A DNA stretch of 64,000 bases from Gammaproteobacteria bacterium (GCA_015491865.1 WFVD01000029.1:11444-75443); one strand, 5' to 3'. Positions 45,403 through 56,420 are shown, numbered from the stretch's first letter. The notes: generated by a model not told the origin, from the sequence alone. Translations and numbers: made by a program.

Positions 45403-47709
45403 CTACCTACCCATGGTGTTAATCAGGGTCTGGAACAGGCTATCCGCTGTGGAAATGATCTGTGCGGCTGCCTGGTAAGCCTGCTGAAACTTCATCATGT
45501 TTGCAGCCTCCTCATCCAGGTTAACTCCGGATATAGACGCCCGTTCTTCCAGGTTCTGTTGCAAAATACTATTGAATGCGCTACTGCTTACATCGGCCTG
45601 ACGCGTCTGAGAGGCGACATCGGCGACTAAACGCCCATAGATATCATCGTAGCTAGCACTACCATTATCGAGCAGCAGGCTTGTCTGTAGTGCCGCTAGC
45701 TGCAATGCGTTGCGGTTATCACTAACACCGCTGGTATTATTCTCTATGGTAAAGCGATCACCGCTATTGACCGCGCCAGAAACAGATGCGGCAATTCCAT
45801 TAAATGTTATCGCAGCACCTGAAGTATAAGTGCCACTGGTTTCTGTATTGTTACCACTATTGATAACAATGTAACTGTCAGCCGCGCCCCCGTAAGTAAA
45901 CGAATTGCTTGGAGCGGCACCAGTTAATGCGCTGCCAAAATACCCGGTCACTGCATCCGCACCATCCAGCGGTGTTGCACCGCTATCTAGCAGCTCCTCT
46001 GTCACTGTAAACGGCATAGCACTTGCGGGGTCCTGCGCCATAAAAAGCGTGCCGCTTACATTATCAACATATGCCCTTACGCCGGTTGTAGCAGTGCTGA
46101 GATTGATTTGTGCTGCCAGCGCATCCTGATTTGCCAGTAGCGGATCACCTTCATTCTGGGTATAGACAGCAGTCCCGTTGATCATCAGGCGGTATTGAAG
46201 TGCATTAGCAGTGGTAGCGTCATCATTGATAGCACCTATCGCGACGGCATCTGCATCCCCTCCTGTTGCATCAGCCATCACCACTGAATAGCTATCAGGC
46301 ACATAAGCGACGGCATCTGTTACGCTACCCGCATCAATCGAACCCTCACCAGTGTTACTTAATTCATTTGAAGTGCGCACTGGCACTGCCATCGCCAGAC
46401 TCTGCGGTGACGAAACAGCCACATCGACATTGCGTGCAGCATTACGTACCGGCCTGATTAAGAAACTCTCACCATCTGCAATGGAGCCTGAGTTAAGGCT
46501 CAGAGTTAGTCCGTCAACGGTTTCGCTTGCACCAGGAAAGGTGGAGAGCGCCAGAGTGGTGTTGTCATCAAGGTTTGTGAGTGTGTAATTTGCACCATTT
46601 CTTTCTAATCGATAGTTGCTTCCTGTTAACTGACCGACATCCGAAACACTCACACCAATTTGGAATGCAGTACTCGCATTTGTCGAATTTGCCAACACCT
46701 GCGGTCCTGTCCCGCCAAGCGAATCAAAAAAGTCATTGCCGACAACTCCGTTTAGATCGGCTCCCAGGCGGTATTGGGTGTTAAATGTTTCAACCAGCCC
46801 CATCGCGATGAAGCCAAGGCCATCCTGCGCTGAGTCAAGCAGCTGCGTTCTAAAACCCAGCATCCCACCCAATGAACCTCCCGTAAGCTGACTTGAAAGC
46901 TCTACTGCACCCGACCCTGCAGGAAAACCTACTTCAGTCTGCTCGGGGTCAAACGAATTGTTCATCGTCAGAAGATCTCGCGAATCAAAACCAGTCACCA
47001 CGGCCTGGCCATTACCGATAAAGACGTTAACAGCGCCATTATCCAGCTCGACTGTTGAAACAGAGACATATTCAGAGAGCTCTAATATCAGCTGATCACG
47101 CTTATCAAGCAGGTCGTTCGGTGAATTTCCATTGCCCGCAGAAAGTGCGCTCGATATCTCCCGGTTCACACCAGCTACTGCGGCGGTCAGGCTGTTAACG
47201 GCTCTAATTTCTGTCTGAATCGTCTGGTTAATGTCACTCCGGATATCAGACAACCCCTGATCAAAACTCTGAAAACGTGCGGCTAACGTCTCGCTTTCAC
47301 TTAGCAATACCTGCCTTGCCGGAATAGAGGCAGGATCATCAGCGACGGTTTGTACGGCATTAAAAAAACTCTGAATACTCGGCATCAAGCCAAAATCTGC
47401 ATCTGCAAGCAGATTATTGACACGACTCGCCTGGGCGTAAAACTCACCATATTGTGCACTTGAAGCGGTACTGGAACGCAGTTGTGATGTGACAAAACTA
47501 TCAAAGGCGCGTTCAATCGAGGATATCTGAACCCCGGTACCAACAAAGCCATACCCAGCCGCATCGGGTGTGCGAGACGACAGTTCAACTCGTTGACGGC
47601 TATACCCTTCAGTATTGACGTTATTGATATTGTTAGAGATCGTTGCCAGCGCCCGCTGAGATGACAATAGACCTGAGATTCCAGATGAAAGCACGCCGCC
47701 GCCAGCCAT
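45403..47709 (-). CDS. flgK: Flagellar hook-associated protein 1 (hook-filament junction), enlarged to 768 aa.
   Basis: The N-terminal rod/hook motif (ISGLLSSQRALATISNNINNVNTEGYSRQRV) and the C-terminal FlgK helix (..ISGVNLDEEAANMMKFQQAYQAAAQII..) are conserved. A long central variable region includes a module homologous to one in FlgL. Confidence 0.85.
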   Translation of the reverse strand: MAGGGVLSSGISGLLSSQRALATISNNINNVNTEGYSRQRVELSSRTPDAAGYGFVGTGVQISSIERAFDSFVTSQLRSSTASSAQYGEFYAQASRVNNLLADADFGLMPSIQSFFNAVQTVADDPASIPARQVLLSESETLAARFQSFDQGLSDIRSDINQTIQTEIRAVNSLTAAVAGVNREISSALSAGNGNSPNDLLDKRDQLILELSEYVSVSTVELDNGAVNVFIGNGQAVVTGFDSRDLLTMNNSFDPEQTEVGFPAGSGAVELSSQLTGGSLGGMLGFRTQLLDSAQDGLGFIAMGLVETFNTQYRLGADLNGVVGNDFFDSLGGTGPQVLANSTNASTAFQIGVSVSDVGQLTGSNYRLERNGANYTLTNLDDNTTLALSTFPGASETVDGLTLSLNSGSIADGESFLIRPVRNAARNVDVAVSSPQSLAMAVPVRTSNELSNTGEGSIDAGSVTDAVAYVPDSYSVVMADATGGDADAVAIGAINDDATTANALQYRLMINGTAVYTQNEGDPLLANQDALAAQINLSTATTGVRAYVDNVSGTLFMAQDPASAMPFTVTEELLDSGATPLDGADAVTGYFGSALTGAAPSNSFTYGGAADSYIVINSGNNTETSGTYTSGAAITFNGIAASVSGAVNSGDRFTIENNTSGVSDNRNALQLAALQTSLLLDNGSASYDDIYGRLVADVASQTRQADVSSSAFNSILQQNLEERASISGVNLDEEAANMMKFQQAYQAAAQIISTADSLFQTLINTMGR

Positions 47710-47788
47710 CTCAAACCACCCGGCTAACGCATGCTAATTCGAGATAAGAGTTAAATTTTAATATGGGTCTATACATGTTCAATCCTTC

Positions 47789-48724
47789 CTATATTAGCGG
47801 CGGATAACCTGAATCCTGAATTGCCTCCGGCCTCTTCTGAACCACCTCATAGCTCATTATCCTGTTGATTTTGTAAGCATATTCTGGATCTGTTGCATAC
47901 CCGGCCTGCTGTAGCCCTGCCACATATTGCTCGGGTATTGCTGCCACCGAAAGTGCATTTTCATAACGCGGATTAGAGAGAATAAAATTTGCGTAATCGT
48001 CAAAACTATCAGCATATGAGTCATAGGCGCGGAACACCTGAATCTCTTTTCTGGCAATACCGTTTTCATACTCGATGGTCGGCACCGCAATCCGCTCACC
48101 CTGCCAGCGTGTATCCGCCTTAATCCCAAAAAGGTTGTAACTGTTATCTCCATTGGGGGCTTGAATAATCGCTCTGCCCCAACCCGTTTCAAGCGCCGAC
48201 TGTGAAATAAGCACCTCAGCCGAAACCCCTAATCTGGCAGCAGCCCTCTCTGCTTCAGGCCACATTGTTTCAACAAACTCACGAGGAGAGGTGATACGTT
48301 CCGCACGAAATTCAATATTCTGAACGGGTGAACTGGCTACGAAGGCATTGCTGCTGAGCATACGCGCAGGTAATGGGTTGAGGTTTATTTCACCATCGCC
48401 ATTGGCTACTGGCTCACTATTCCCACCACCCAGCTGTCGAATCAACATCTCTTTTAAACCAATACCGCGCCCTTCCGACATCGACAGTGCAATCTGTTTA
48501 TCAAACATTTCACGATACATTTTGCTTTGATCATTATCGAACAGGCCACCATCAGTCGAAATTGTCGCATCACGCATACTCTTTAACATCATCTGAGTAA
48601 AAATCGACTCAAACTGGCGTGCAACCTGCTCAATCGACTCCTCCGATGTGTCACTACGCACATCCGCTTTTAGCTGTGATAAGCCATGAAAATCGGTATA
48701 AACAGATGAGGCCGTTGGGTTCAT
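47789..48724 (-). CDS. flgJ: Flagellar rod assembly protein / peptidoglycan hydrolase FlgJ.
   Basis: N-terminal rod-binding domain (..ARQFESIFTQMMLKSMRD..) plus a C-terminal glucosaminidase domain (..AALETGWGR..YNLFGIK..YA.D..Y). Confidence 0.8.
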   Translation of the reverse strand: MNPTASSVYTDFHGLSQLKADVRSDTSEESIEQVARQFESIFTQMMLKSMRDATISTDGGLFDNDQSKMYREMFDKQIALSMSEGRGIGLKEMLIRQLGGGNSEPVANGDGEINLNPLPARMLSSNAFVASSPVQNIEFRAERITSPREFVETMWPEAERAAARLGVSAEVLISQSALETGWGRAIIQAPNGDNSYNLFGIKADTRWQGERIAVPTIEYENGIARKEIQVFRAYDSYADSFDDYANFILSNPRYENALSVAAIPEQYVAGLQQAGYATDPEYAYKINRIMSYEVVQKRPEAIQDSGYPPLI

Positions 48725-48746
48725 TTGCTAGCTTCCTGTTAGGCTA

Positions 48747-49859
48747 TTAAATGACAATCAACTCAGCACGCAGTGCGCCCGCTTCTTTGAGTGCTTCCAG
48801 TATTGCAATCAGATCCCCTGGTGCTGCGCCAACCTGGTTAACTGCCTGAACTATTTCATTAAGAGAAACCCCGGGGTTAAACATAAACATGCGATTTGTC
48901 TCCTGACTAATTTCAATATCAGAAGCGGGTACAACCACTGTTGACCCTCCTGAAAGCGGCCCGGTCGGCTGGCTGACCGCAGGCTGTTCAACAATCGTTA
49001 CCGTCAGGCTACCGTGTGCCACCGCGGCTGAAGTGACACGCACATGGCGTCCGATCACGACTGTACCGGTTCGAGAGTTGACAATAATCCGAGCCGAGGC
49101 CTCACCTGGTTCCAGCGTAATGTTTTCTATAATAGAGACAAACATCACCCGTTGCGCATGAGACCTTGGCGCATTCACTTTAATAGAGGAGGCGTCAATT
49201 GGGTACGCAGTGCCCATACCGATCGTACTATTAATCGCCTCTGCCACACGTTTTGCTGTGGTGAAATCGGGGCCATGAAGATTGAGGACGATACTCTCCT
49301 CTTCTCCAAAAGGGGTTGGTGCTGCGCGCTCGACCGTTGCACCACCTGGGATACGGCCAACACTTGGGATATTGACAGTAATTTTGGAGCCATCACTACC
49401 GGCTGCACCAAAACCACCGACGACTAAATTACCCTGAGCAATCGCATAAATGGCGCCATCGGCACCTTTTAGGGGTGCCATTAACAGGCTACCTCCACGC
49501 AGGCTCTTTGCATTACCCAGAGATGAGACAGTCACATCAAGCATCTGCCCAGGTTTTGCAAAGGGTGGTAGCTTCGTGTGTAGTGAAACAGCTGCAACAT
49601 TTTTCAACTGCGGATTTATACCTGGCGGTAACGTAATACCGAACTGGGCTAACATGCTCATCATGCTTTGAATTGTAAATGGTGTCTGGCTTGTCTGATC
49701 GCCTGTCCCGTCCAGCCCCACAACCAGGCCGTATCCAACTAGCTGATTAGATCGTACTCCTGCAACTGATGATATATCTTTGATTCTCTCTGCCTGCGCG
49801 ATATTTGCCGTAAACATGCTGGCAAACAGAATTGAGATCATTAGCCACTTGGTTTTCAT
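48747..49859 (-). CDS. flgI: Flagellar P-ring protein.
   Basis: [54 protein letters not shown]... is typical FlgI with a signal peptide. The ORF track start (49916) overlaps flgH; the internal ATG at 49859 is used. Confidence 0.9.
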   Translation of the reverse strand: MKTKWLMISILFASMFTANIAQAERIKDISSVAGVRSNQLVGYGLVVGLDGTGDQTSQTPFTIQSMMSMLAQFGITLPPGINPQLKNVAAVSLHTKLPPFAKPGQMLDVTVSSLGNAKSLRGGSLLMAPLKGADGAIYAIAQGNLVVGGFGAAGSDGSKITVNIPSVGRIPGGATVERAAPTPFGEEESIVLNLHGPDFTTAKRVAEAINSTIGMGTAYPIDASSIKVNAPRSHAQRVMFVSIIENITLEPGEASARIIVNSRTGTVVIGRHVRVTSAAVAHGSLTVTIVEQPAVSQPTGPLSGGSTVVVPASDIEISQETNRMFMFNPGVSLNEIVQAVNQVGAAPGDLIAILEALKEAGALRAELIVI

Positions 49860-49903
49860 TACACTGAGTCCTTTTAGTAGTCCTGTGTATGTGAGTGAGT
49901 TAA

Positions 49904-50611
49904 TCAGAAAGGCCACCAGACACTATTAAAAAACTTACCTAACCAGCCCATGTCATTTGAACTGGCGACCACGCCACTTCCACTATATGCAATCACTGCA
50001 TTGGCCACCTGTGTAGATGAAACACTGTTATTTGAGGCGATATCTACTGGTCGAACAATCCCTTTGATTCGAATATACTCATCGCCCTGGTTGATACTGA
50101 TACTCTTCTCGCCTTCAATCCGGAGATAACCATTTGGCAGTACTTCGGTGACCATCGCTGTAACACTACCGGTTAGATTATTACTCTGGGAACTATCCCC
50201 CTCACCCGTAAAGCTTTTGCTTGACTGAAGTGATGAGGCTAGCGACATAGGGCGATTACTTAATAAGCTACTGTTGATAACGGCTGGAAGCCCTAATACT
50301 GTCGGATTGGTAACATCAACGGTGTTATCTTTTGAAGTTGTAGTGCTGGCTGATTTTGTTGCATTGGTCTGCTCCGAGAGCAAAATCGTAATGATGTCAC
50401 CTACGTGGCGCGCCTTATTATCTTCATAAAGCGCTATTCCGCGAGAAGGTTGATAAATTGCACCATTATCAATTCGCTCAGGAGTTGACATTGCAAAGAT
50501 CTCCTCCGCGGTGGCGATTTTCTCTTTTGGTGAAATTGCACAGCCTGTCATCAATAAAATAACAACGCTGCCTATAAGAAATTTTCGCTTTTCAACACCC
50601 AATCTAATCAC
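49904..50611 (-). CDS. flgH: Flagellar L-ring lipoprotein.
   Basis: Lipobox LLMTGC and a FlgH-family core, in 235 aa. Confidence 0.85.
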   Translation of the reverse strand: MIRLGVEKRKFLIGSVVILLMTGCAISPKEKIATAEEIFAMSTPERIDNGAIYQPSRGIALYEDNKARHVGDIITILLSEQTNATKSASTTTSKDNTVDVTNPTVLGLPAVINSSLLSNRPMSLASSLQSSKSFTGEGDSSQSNNLTGSVTAMVTEVLPNGYLRIEGEKSISINQGDEYIRIKGIVRPVDIASNNSVSSTQVANAVIAYSGSGVVASSNDMGWLGKFFNSVWWPF

Positions 50612-50641
50612 CTTTTCTTTTAAACCACTGACTGTTCAGAA

Positions 50642-51430
50642 TCAAAGGTTATTGTTAATAAACTGCAACATGCGATCAGATGCAGAGATCGCCTTCGAGT
50701 TCATCTCATAGGCACGTTGTGCTTCAATCATGCCCACCAGCTCTTCGACCACATTGACATTAGATGTCTCTAATGTCCCTTGAGATAATGTTCCGATACC
50801 CGTTATTCCTGGTGTACCTGTCTGCGGCGAGCCACTGGCTGCAGATTCCAGCAACAGGTTTTGTCCCATCGGCTGTAGCCCGGTGGGGTTAATAAAATCT
50901 GCTAACTGAATATTGCCTACATTGGTTGGCGTTGAGTCCCCTTGCTGAGTCACACTAACGGTACCATCTGCGCCGATACTAATACTCAGCGAGTTTTCAG
51001 GAATGGTGATGGCAGGCTGCAAAGTATTGCCGCTTGCGGTGACAATTTGCCCCTGTGAATCTAGCTGAAAGGAGCCATCCCGTGTGTACGCCTGCGTTCC
51101 ATCGGGCAATTGAATCTGAAAAAAACCACGCCCCTGAATGCTGATATCGAGTGGACTCTTGGTTTCGATACTATTACCCTGGGTAAAGAGTTTCTCTGTT
51201 GCAACTGTTCGCACACCTGTACCCAGCATCAGACCGGTGGGTAGTTTCGCATCCTGCGATGACTGAGCCCCCACCTGGCGTACATTCTGATAGAGCAGAT
51301 CTTCAAAAACAGCTCGACCACGCTTGAAACCGGTTGTATTGACGTTAGCGAGGTTGTTCGAAATAACAGACATGCGTGTCTGTTGTGCATCGAGTCCTGT
51401 TTTTGCAATCCAGAGTGCTTGACTTGTCAT
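50642..51430 (-). CDS. flgG: Flagellar distal rod protein.
   Basis: The 262-aa protein has an N-terminal [37 protein letters not shown] and a C-terminal ..[25 protein letters not shown].., both typical of FlgG. Confidence 0.9.
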   Translation of the reverse strand: MTSQALWIAKTGLDAQQTRMSVISNNLANVNTTGFKRGRAVFEDLLYQNVRQVGAQSSQDAKLPTGLMLGTGVRTVATEKLFTQGNSIETKSPLDISIQGRGFFQIQLPDGTQAYTRDGSFQLDSQGQIVTASGNTLQPAITIPENSLSISIGADGTVSVTQQGDSTPTNVGNIQLADFINPTGLQPMGQNLLLESAASGSPQTGTPGITGIGTLSQGTLETSNVNVVEELVGMIEAQRAYEMNSKAISASDRMLQFINNNL

Positions 51431-51472
51431 ACCATCATCCTCTTTAATTTCTGCTTAAATCGTTACTGCTTA

Positions 51473-52216
51473 CTAACTTGCACGCAATAACTGTGCCGAA
51501 GCCTTATCATTCTCTTCGGCGCTCTTCATCATTTTCACACCCATCTCAAACTGTCTTGATAGTGCGATCATGCTCACCATCGATTCGATCGCATTCACGT
51601 TGCTTCCTTCTAAAACACCAGATGAGAGTGTGACAGATGCATCGGCAACACTGATCGAGCCATCTTTCAGGCTCATCACACCATCATTGCCTTTCTGCAT
51701 AGTGGCAGGATCGGGATTAACCATTTTGAGACGATCGACCACAACCAGTGTCGCAGCTGTCTGCCCGACTGGACGTGCTGAAACGGTACCATCTGAGGCG
51801 ATTTCAATTTTCTCTGCAGGTGGAATAATCACCGGCAAGCCACTATTACCCAGCACTGGCTGACCACGGTCGGTCTCTAATTGACCAAATGAGGTAATGC
51901 GAAAATTTCCGGCCCGAGTGAACCCTTCACTACCATCGTTTCGTTGAATGGCAAACCAGCCATCACCATTAATAGCCACATCAAGCTCTCGCCCTGTCGT
52001 AATCGTCGGCCCGGCACCGAGATTGACACCGTTGTCACGCGCCACACTGTAGACGCGACTCGCTAAACCTGCCCCTTCGACCGGTACACTCTGAAAGGCA
52101 GCCAGGTCAGCGCGAAAACTGGTGGTATTGGCGTTAGCCAGGTTGTTCGCATTAACCGCCTGCGCCTTCATAGCATGGCTGGCACCAGACATTGCAAGAT
52201 ATAGCATGCGATCCAT
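51473..52216 (-). CDS. flgF: Flagellar proximal rod protein.
   Basis: 247 aa, carrying the rod-family N- and C-terminal motifs. It sits between flgE and flgG. Confidence 0.85.
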   Translation of the reverse strand: MDRMLYLAMSGASHAMKAQAVNANNLANANTTSFRADLAAFQSVPVEGAGLASRVYSVARDNGVNLGAGPTITTGRELDVAINGDGWFAIQRNDGSEGFTRAGNFRITSFGQLETDRGQPVLGNSGLPVIIPPAEKIEIASDGTVSARPVGQTAATLVVVDRLKMVNPDPATMQKGNDGVMSLKDGSISVADASVTLSSGVLEGSNVNAIESMVSMIALSRQFEMGVKMMKSAEENDKASAQLLRAS

Positions 52217-52245
52217 GTTAGCCCTCCTGAGTGTTCAACAGCGCG

Positions 52246-53871
52246 CTAGCGAATATTGATGATTGACTGCGTGATGGTGTCGGCAGTTGAGATCACCTGT
52301 GCATTCGCCTGAAAATTACGCTGTGCGGTGATCATGCCAACAAGCTGTTCTGTCAGGTCAACATTAGAACCTTCCAGCGCACCTGACTGAATCAGCCCCA
52401 GGCCGGATGAACCCGGTTGAGAGATAACCCCCTGACCCGATTCAAATGACTCAGCCCAGGTCGTGTCGCCTAATTGGCGAAGCCCCTGCGGATTGGTGAA
52501 ATTGGCCAGCTGAACCTGACCCAGTATGCGCGTTTGACCATTGGTAAAGCGGGAAAGCACGATCCCCGTATCACTGATATCGATGCCACTCAACTGTCCA
52601 GTGGCATAGCCATCCTGCGTTAATGATGCGACGCTAAAAGCGCTGCCAAACTGGGTGACACTGGAAACATCGACATCCATCACCACCTGTGCCGCGCCAC
52701 CACCTGGATCAAAGGTCAACGTCGGCAACGTTCCGGTGGGCACTGTTAACTGGCCATTGGTATTGAACTGCATCTGCTGCCCTGATGTGCCGGCACCATC
52801 GACCCGGATACCGTCAGAAAAGGTAAACACCTCCCATTCGTTTGCCTGATTTGTTTTTCTGAAATAGGTAGTCAACAGGTGAGCTGTTCCCTGGGAGTCA
52901 AAAATGGTCATTGAGGTGGAGTTGTTATAGGTCGAGGCATCTGTTTCATTGAAGGCGACCTGAGCCGAGCCGTTATTCACCGTTGGTGCAGTCGCTGCCG
53001 ATGAATCGCCATCAGCAGCAGCAGCAGCCAAAGTGATCCCCGCTACGCTGGTTGATACAACCACTGGGTCTTGCGCACCCGTTGCTGTTTCCGGAACCCA
53101 GTTAAAGCTCAGAGAACTGGGCGACGCACTGGCGCCGCTGGTGTCGATGGTTGAAGAGGCTGGAAATGTGTTGCCAGAGACATTATCGCGTAAGATGACG
53201 CTCCACACGTTTGCCGCAGTACGGGTATATTCAAGTTGAACTGACCGCTCAACACCGTAGTTATCGCGCATATTAAATGCCGTACCAACCACGGTAGAGG
53301 AAATCGCGGCATCCTCATCAAGGATGGTGCTGTTCGGTACAGTTAAGCTGGAGCTTGGTGTCGCACCAGGTACTGCAAGTGATGAATTTAGGTTCAGCGC
53401 CATCTCTGCACCTGTAGTCGCCTGGGGGCTAATATTCGAAAAATCCAGCTGCAAAGAACCTGTGGTGTTAGTGAGATTGCCATTACTGTCAGCAATATCT
53501 CCCTGCAGTACCTGCCCCTGGCTGTTGGAAACAAAACCGTTACGATCGACGCCAAAGGCTCCTGCGCGTGAATAGACGCGTACACCATTATCATCCAGCA
53601 CAAACATCCCCTGCCCGCTCACTGCGAGATCCAGGTTATTATCGGTAAAACCAATATTCCCCTGTGAGAACTGCTGTGACACAGAAGAGATCTTGACACC
53701 ACTGCCAATCGCATTGGCTGCCGCACCCAGACCTGACGAGGCAAAAATATCAGCAAACTCGACCCGTGACTTCTTAAAACCTGTAGTGCTGGCATTGGCC
53801 ACATTATTCCCAATGACTCGCAGCTCTGCCGATGCTGCGTTGAGTCCACTTAATGCTGTACGAAATGGCAT
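52246..53871 (-). CDS. flgE: Flagellar hook protein (long variant, 541 aa).
   Basis: N-terminal MPFRTALSGLNAASAELRVIGNNVANASTTGFKKSR and the C-terminal ..GSNVDLTEQLVGMITAQRNFQANAQVI.. are conserved. The central D2-like domain is expanded. Confidence 0.85.
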   Translation of the reverse strand: MPFRTALSGLNAASAELRVIGNNVANASTTGFKKSRVEFADIFASSGLGAAANAIGSGVKISSVSQQFSQGNIGFTDNNLDLAVSGQGMFVLDDNGVRVYSRAGAFGVDRNGFVSNSQGQVLQGDIADSNGNLTNTTGSLQLDFSNISPQATTGAEMALNLNSSLAVPGATPSSSLTVPNSTILDEDAAISSTVVGTAFNMRDNYGVERSVQLEYTRTAANVWSVILRDNVSGNTFPASSTIDTSGASASPSSLSFNWVPETATGAQDPVVVSTSVAGITLAAAAADGDSSAATAPTVNNGSAQVAFNETDASTYNNSTSMTIFDSQGTAHLLTTYFRKTNQANEWEVFTFSDGIRVDGAGTSGQQMQFNTNGQLTVPTGTLPTLTFDPGGGAAQVVMDVDVSSVTQFGSAFSVASLTQDGYATGQLSGIDISDTGIVLSRFTNGQTRILGQVQLANFTNPQGLRQLGDTTWAESFESGQGVISQPGSSGLGLIQSGALEGSNVDLTEQLVGMITAQRNFQANAQVISTADTITQSIINIR

Positions 53872-53896
53872 ATTACTTCTCCTTACTGATATTAAA

Positions 53897-54562
53897 TTAC
53901 ATGACCTGCTTGATACTGGCTATTGGCACCGAACGATCACTCGCTAGATCTAATGTCACGCCACCACTACCTAACGTAACGCTTTCAACCTTTTCAGCCA
54001 GCAAAGTCCCCAGCTGAATACTTTCACCACCAGTTAATGCAATCGCCTCAATGGTGTAATCACCTGCACTTAACCGTTCGCCCATATTATCCAGCCCATC
54101 CCATGAAAAATTTACCGATCCTGAGTTTTGCGCGCCCATATTCATCGATCTCACGACTGCGCCACTCGCATCCAGAATGTTAATTGTTAATCCGCTGGTG
54201 GCATCCTCGACACCCACTTTCCCAGTTACCGGATCACTGCCGTTAAAGACAGCCTCGCCAGAAGGAATCATCACCGTCCGTCCAACCATGGTTGACGCCT
54301 GCAGTGCCTGATTAGATTGCAAAGCAGTCGCTACCTGTGAAAATGAGCTCTGAAGATCCTGAATACCCGCAACACTGCTGAATTGTGCAATTTGAGAGAA
54401 AAACTCACCATCAGTCATCGGCTTCATCGGATCCTGATTGTTCACTTGCGCGGTCATCAGCTTCAGGAACTCTTCCTGTCCAATTTCATCCCCCCCTTTC
54501 GCCTGTGGTCGTTGGGAAATATTTAGATTATCCAGTACACTTTGTTCGATTGAAGCGGCCAT
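53897..54562 (-). CDS. flgD: Flagellar hook capping / assembly protein.
   Basis: The 221-aa protein has the N-terminal ...QEEFLKLMTAQVNNQDPMKPM.. FlgD motif and a C-terminal Ig-like domain. Confidence 0.8.
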   Translation of the reverse strand: MAASIEQSVLDNLNISQRPQAKGGDEIGQEEFLKLMTAQVNNQDPMKPMTDGEFFSQIAQFSSVAGIQDLQSSFSQVATALQSNQALQASTMVGRTVMIPSGEAVFNGSDPVTGKVGVEDATSGLTINILDASGAVVRSMNMGAQNSGSVNFSWDGLDNMGERLSAGDYTIEAIALTGGESIQLGTLLAEKVESVTLGSGGVTLDLASDRSVPIASIKQVM

Positions 54563-54591
54563 ATTAGATCTCCAGAATCACACTAAAAGGG

Positions 54592-54999
54592 TTATTGACC
54601 AAGTCTCAGGGTGCTGATCAACATCTGCTTTGAGGTGTTCATCACTTCCACATTATTCTGATACGAACGCGAAGCTGAAATCATATTCGCCATCTCTTCC
54701 ATCGTATTCACGTTTGAGCGATAGATATAACCCTCCTTATCAGCAAGCGGATTAGCGGGGGAATACTGCCTCATCACGGGCGCATCACTCTGCACCACAC
54801 CCGTCACCGCAACGCCTTTAACCTCGCCAGTCACATTATTCATCACTGTCTCAAATACAGTCTGACGTGAGCGATAGGCACCCGCTTCCGTACTACTTAC
54901 ACTCTCTGCATTGGCAAGATTACTTGCGGTGGTGTTCAGCCTGACAGATTGCGCATTCATTGCAGAACTGGAAATATTAAAGACACTCATTAATGACAT
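54592..54999 (-). CDS. flgC: Flagellar basal-body rod protein.
   Basis: The 135-aa protein has MSLMSVFNISSSAMNAQSVRLNTTASNLANAESV.. and a C-terminal ..YVYRSNVNTMEEMANMISASRSYQNNVEVM.. typical of FlgC. Confidence 0.9.
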   Translation of the reverse strand: MSLMSVFNISSSAMNAQSVRLNTTASNLANAESVSSTEAGAYRSRQTVFETVMNNVTGEVKGVAVTGVVQSDAPVMRQYSPANPLADKEGYIYRSNVNTMEEMANMISASRSYQNNVEVMNTSKQMLISTLRLGQ

Positions 55000-55001
55000 A
55001 A

Positions 55002-55403
55002 CTATTCTCCCTTAATCGCCATCTTCAGCCCTTTGATACTGCCGTTCAAAAAGTTGAATGATGCCTGGTATTCCACTGCATTTTTTGCGAATGCGGCTTG
55101 CTCCAGTTGAGCATTAACCGTGTTGCCATCCAGTGAAGGTTGAGTAGGCGTACGATAGAGTAATGGTGCCGTAGTGGCGGATGAGCCTGAGGCTTCCATG
55201 TGGCCCTGTTGTGTTCGATTGAGCGTAGTACCGTTTCCCGCCTGCATTACCTGTTTCATTGCTGACTGAAAATCGATATCTTTTGCCTTATAGTTCGGCG
55301 TATCAACATTGGCGATATTGGCAGCTAACTGAGCAGTACGCTGTGCACGTAACTTTAGTGCCGCTGCATGAACCCCTAATGCATTATCTAGATTAAATCC
55401 CAC
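55002..55403 (-). CDS. flgB: Flagellar basal-body rod protein.
   Basis: The 133-aa protein contains ..LKLRAQRTAQLAANIANVDTPNYKAKDIDF... GTG start at 55403, preceded by AGGAG. Confidence 0.85.
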   Translation of the reverse strand: MGFNLDNALGVHAAALKLRAQRTAQLAANIANVDTPNYKAKDIDFQSAMKQVMQAGNGTTLNRTQQGHMEASGSSATTAPLLYRTPTQPSLDGNTVNAQLEQAAFAKNAVEYQASFNFLNGSIKGLKMAIKGE

Positions 55404-55440
55404 TGCCCTGCTCCTGTCTGGTGACTGCTCACAAGATACA

Positions 55441-55458
55441 AAGCAATGACCATGCCAG
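55441..55458 (-). promoter_or_regulatory. Candidate sigma54 (RpoN) -24/-12 promoter for flgBCDEFGHIJKL.
   Basis: The minus strand reads cTGGCATggtcaTTGCTt, compared with the consensus TGGCAC-N5-TTGCW. GG and GC are correctly spaced, ~28 nt upstream of the flgB start. Confidence 0.55.
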
Positions 55459-55577
55459 AGTTATTTAATAAAATAAATTCAGCTAGTTAGGGGTATTAAT
55501 AATATTTTGAGAATAACAGAAAGGGCAAGATATTCCGCCCGGTGGCAATCTTTGTTGCCTGAGATAAATGACGGGAA

Positions 55578-56420
55578 CTACTCTTTTAGTTGATATACCA
55601 GCCCATTTTTCAGCCTTACAACATCAAAACTGTCGGAGTAATCGGCCATCGACTCAGCACCTCCGAGTATCAGGAAACCGCCGGGGCTCAATACACCGGC
55701 AATACGGCTGAGAATATCCCTTTTAATTTCGGCAGAAAAATAGATCAGTACGTTACGGCAAAAGACCACATCAAATTTTCCTAAGGTGGCGTAACTGCCC
55801 AGTAGATTAAATTCACGAAAATCGATTCGGCTTTTAATCTCTTGCTTGATCGCCCATAGTTCGCCGTCAGATTCGAAATAACGACTCAGGCGCGCCGTAG
55901 AGAGGCCGCGGTCAAGCGCGATCTGGTGAAACAGCCCTTTTTTCGCCTCATTCAGCACCGTCTGAGAGATATCAGTTGCGATAATCTTTACCGGCCTCAG
56001 CGAGCGACTGATAGTATTCAAATACTCATCGACGACGATACTGATCGAGTATGGCTCCTGTCCCGATGAGGATGCAGCCGACCAGATGCGCAAGGCGCGG
56101 TTAGCTGCCTCGGCCTGCGGCAAGAGCTGTTGAGACAAAAACTCGTACGGATAGGCGTCACGAAACCATGAGGTTTCGTTAGTTGTCATTGCATCAACAA
56201 CAGCTACATAAAGTGTAGAACCGGGGGAGCCCTTTAGTCGCTCAACCAGCTCAGTGAGTGAACAGATACCGTGCTCATCCATTAAACTACTAAGGCGGCT
56301 ATTCACCAGGTACTGCTTGTTATCCCCTAGAATAATGCCACAGGCAGAACTCAGGAACTGGCCGAAGGCGTCATACCCCGGCTTGTCACCGACACACTCT
56401 GATCTAGTCACAGCTGACAT
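55578..56420 (-). CDS. cheR: Chemotaxis protein methyltransferase.
   Basis: 280 aa, with an N-terminal CheR helical domain plus a SAM-dependent MTase domain (..TNETSWFRD.., ..VFCRNVLIYF..). Confidence 0.85.
   Translation of the reverse strand: MSAVTRSECVGDKPGYDAFGQFLSSACGIILGDNKQYLVNSRLSSLMDEHGICSLTELVERLKGSPGSTLYVAVVDAMTTNETSWFRDAYPYEFLSQQLLPQAEAANRALRIWSAASSSGQEPYSISIVVDEYLNTISRSLRPVKIIATDISQTVLNEAKKGLFHQIALDRGLSTARLSRYFESDGELWAIKQEIKSRIDFREFNLLGSYATLGKFDVVFCRNVLIYFSAEIKRDILSRIAGVLSPGGFLILGGAESMADYSDSFDVVRLKNGLVYQLKE

Noticed and set aside
48747-49916. Long flgI model starting at 49916 (MAFLINSL...)
   Set aside because: It would overlap the flgH 3' end by 13 nt and adds 19 non-conserved residues. 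FlgI proteins start with the signal peptide [12 protein letters not shown]... at 49859.
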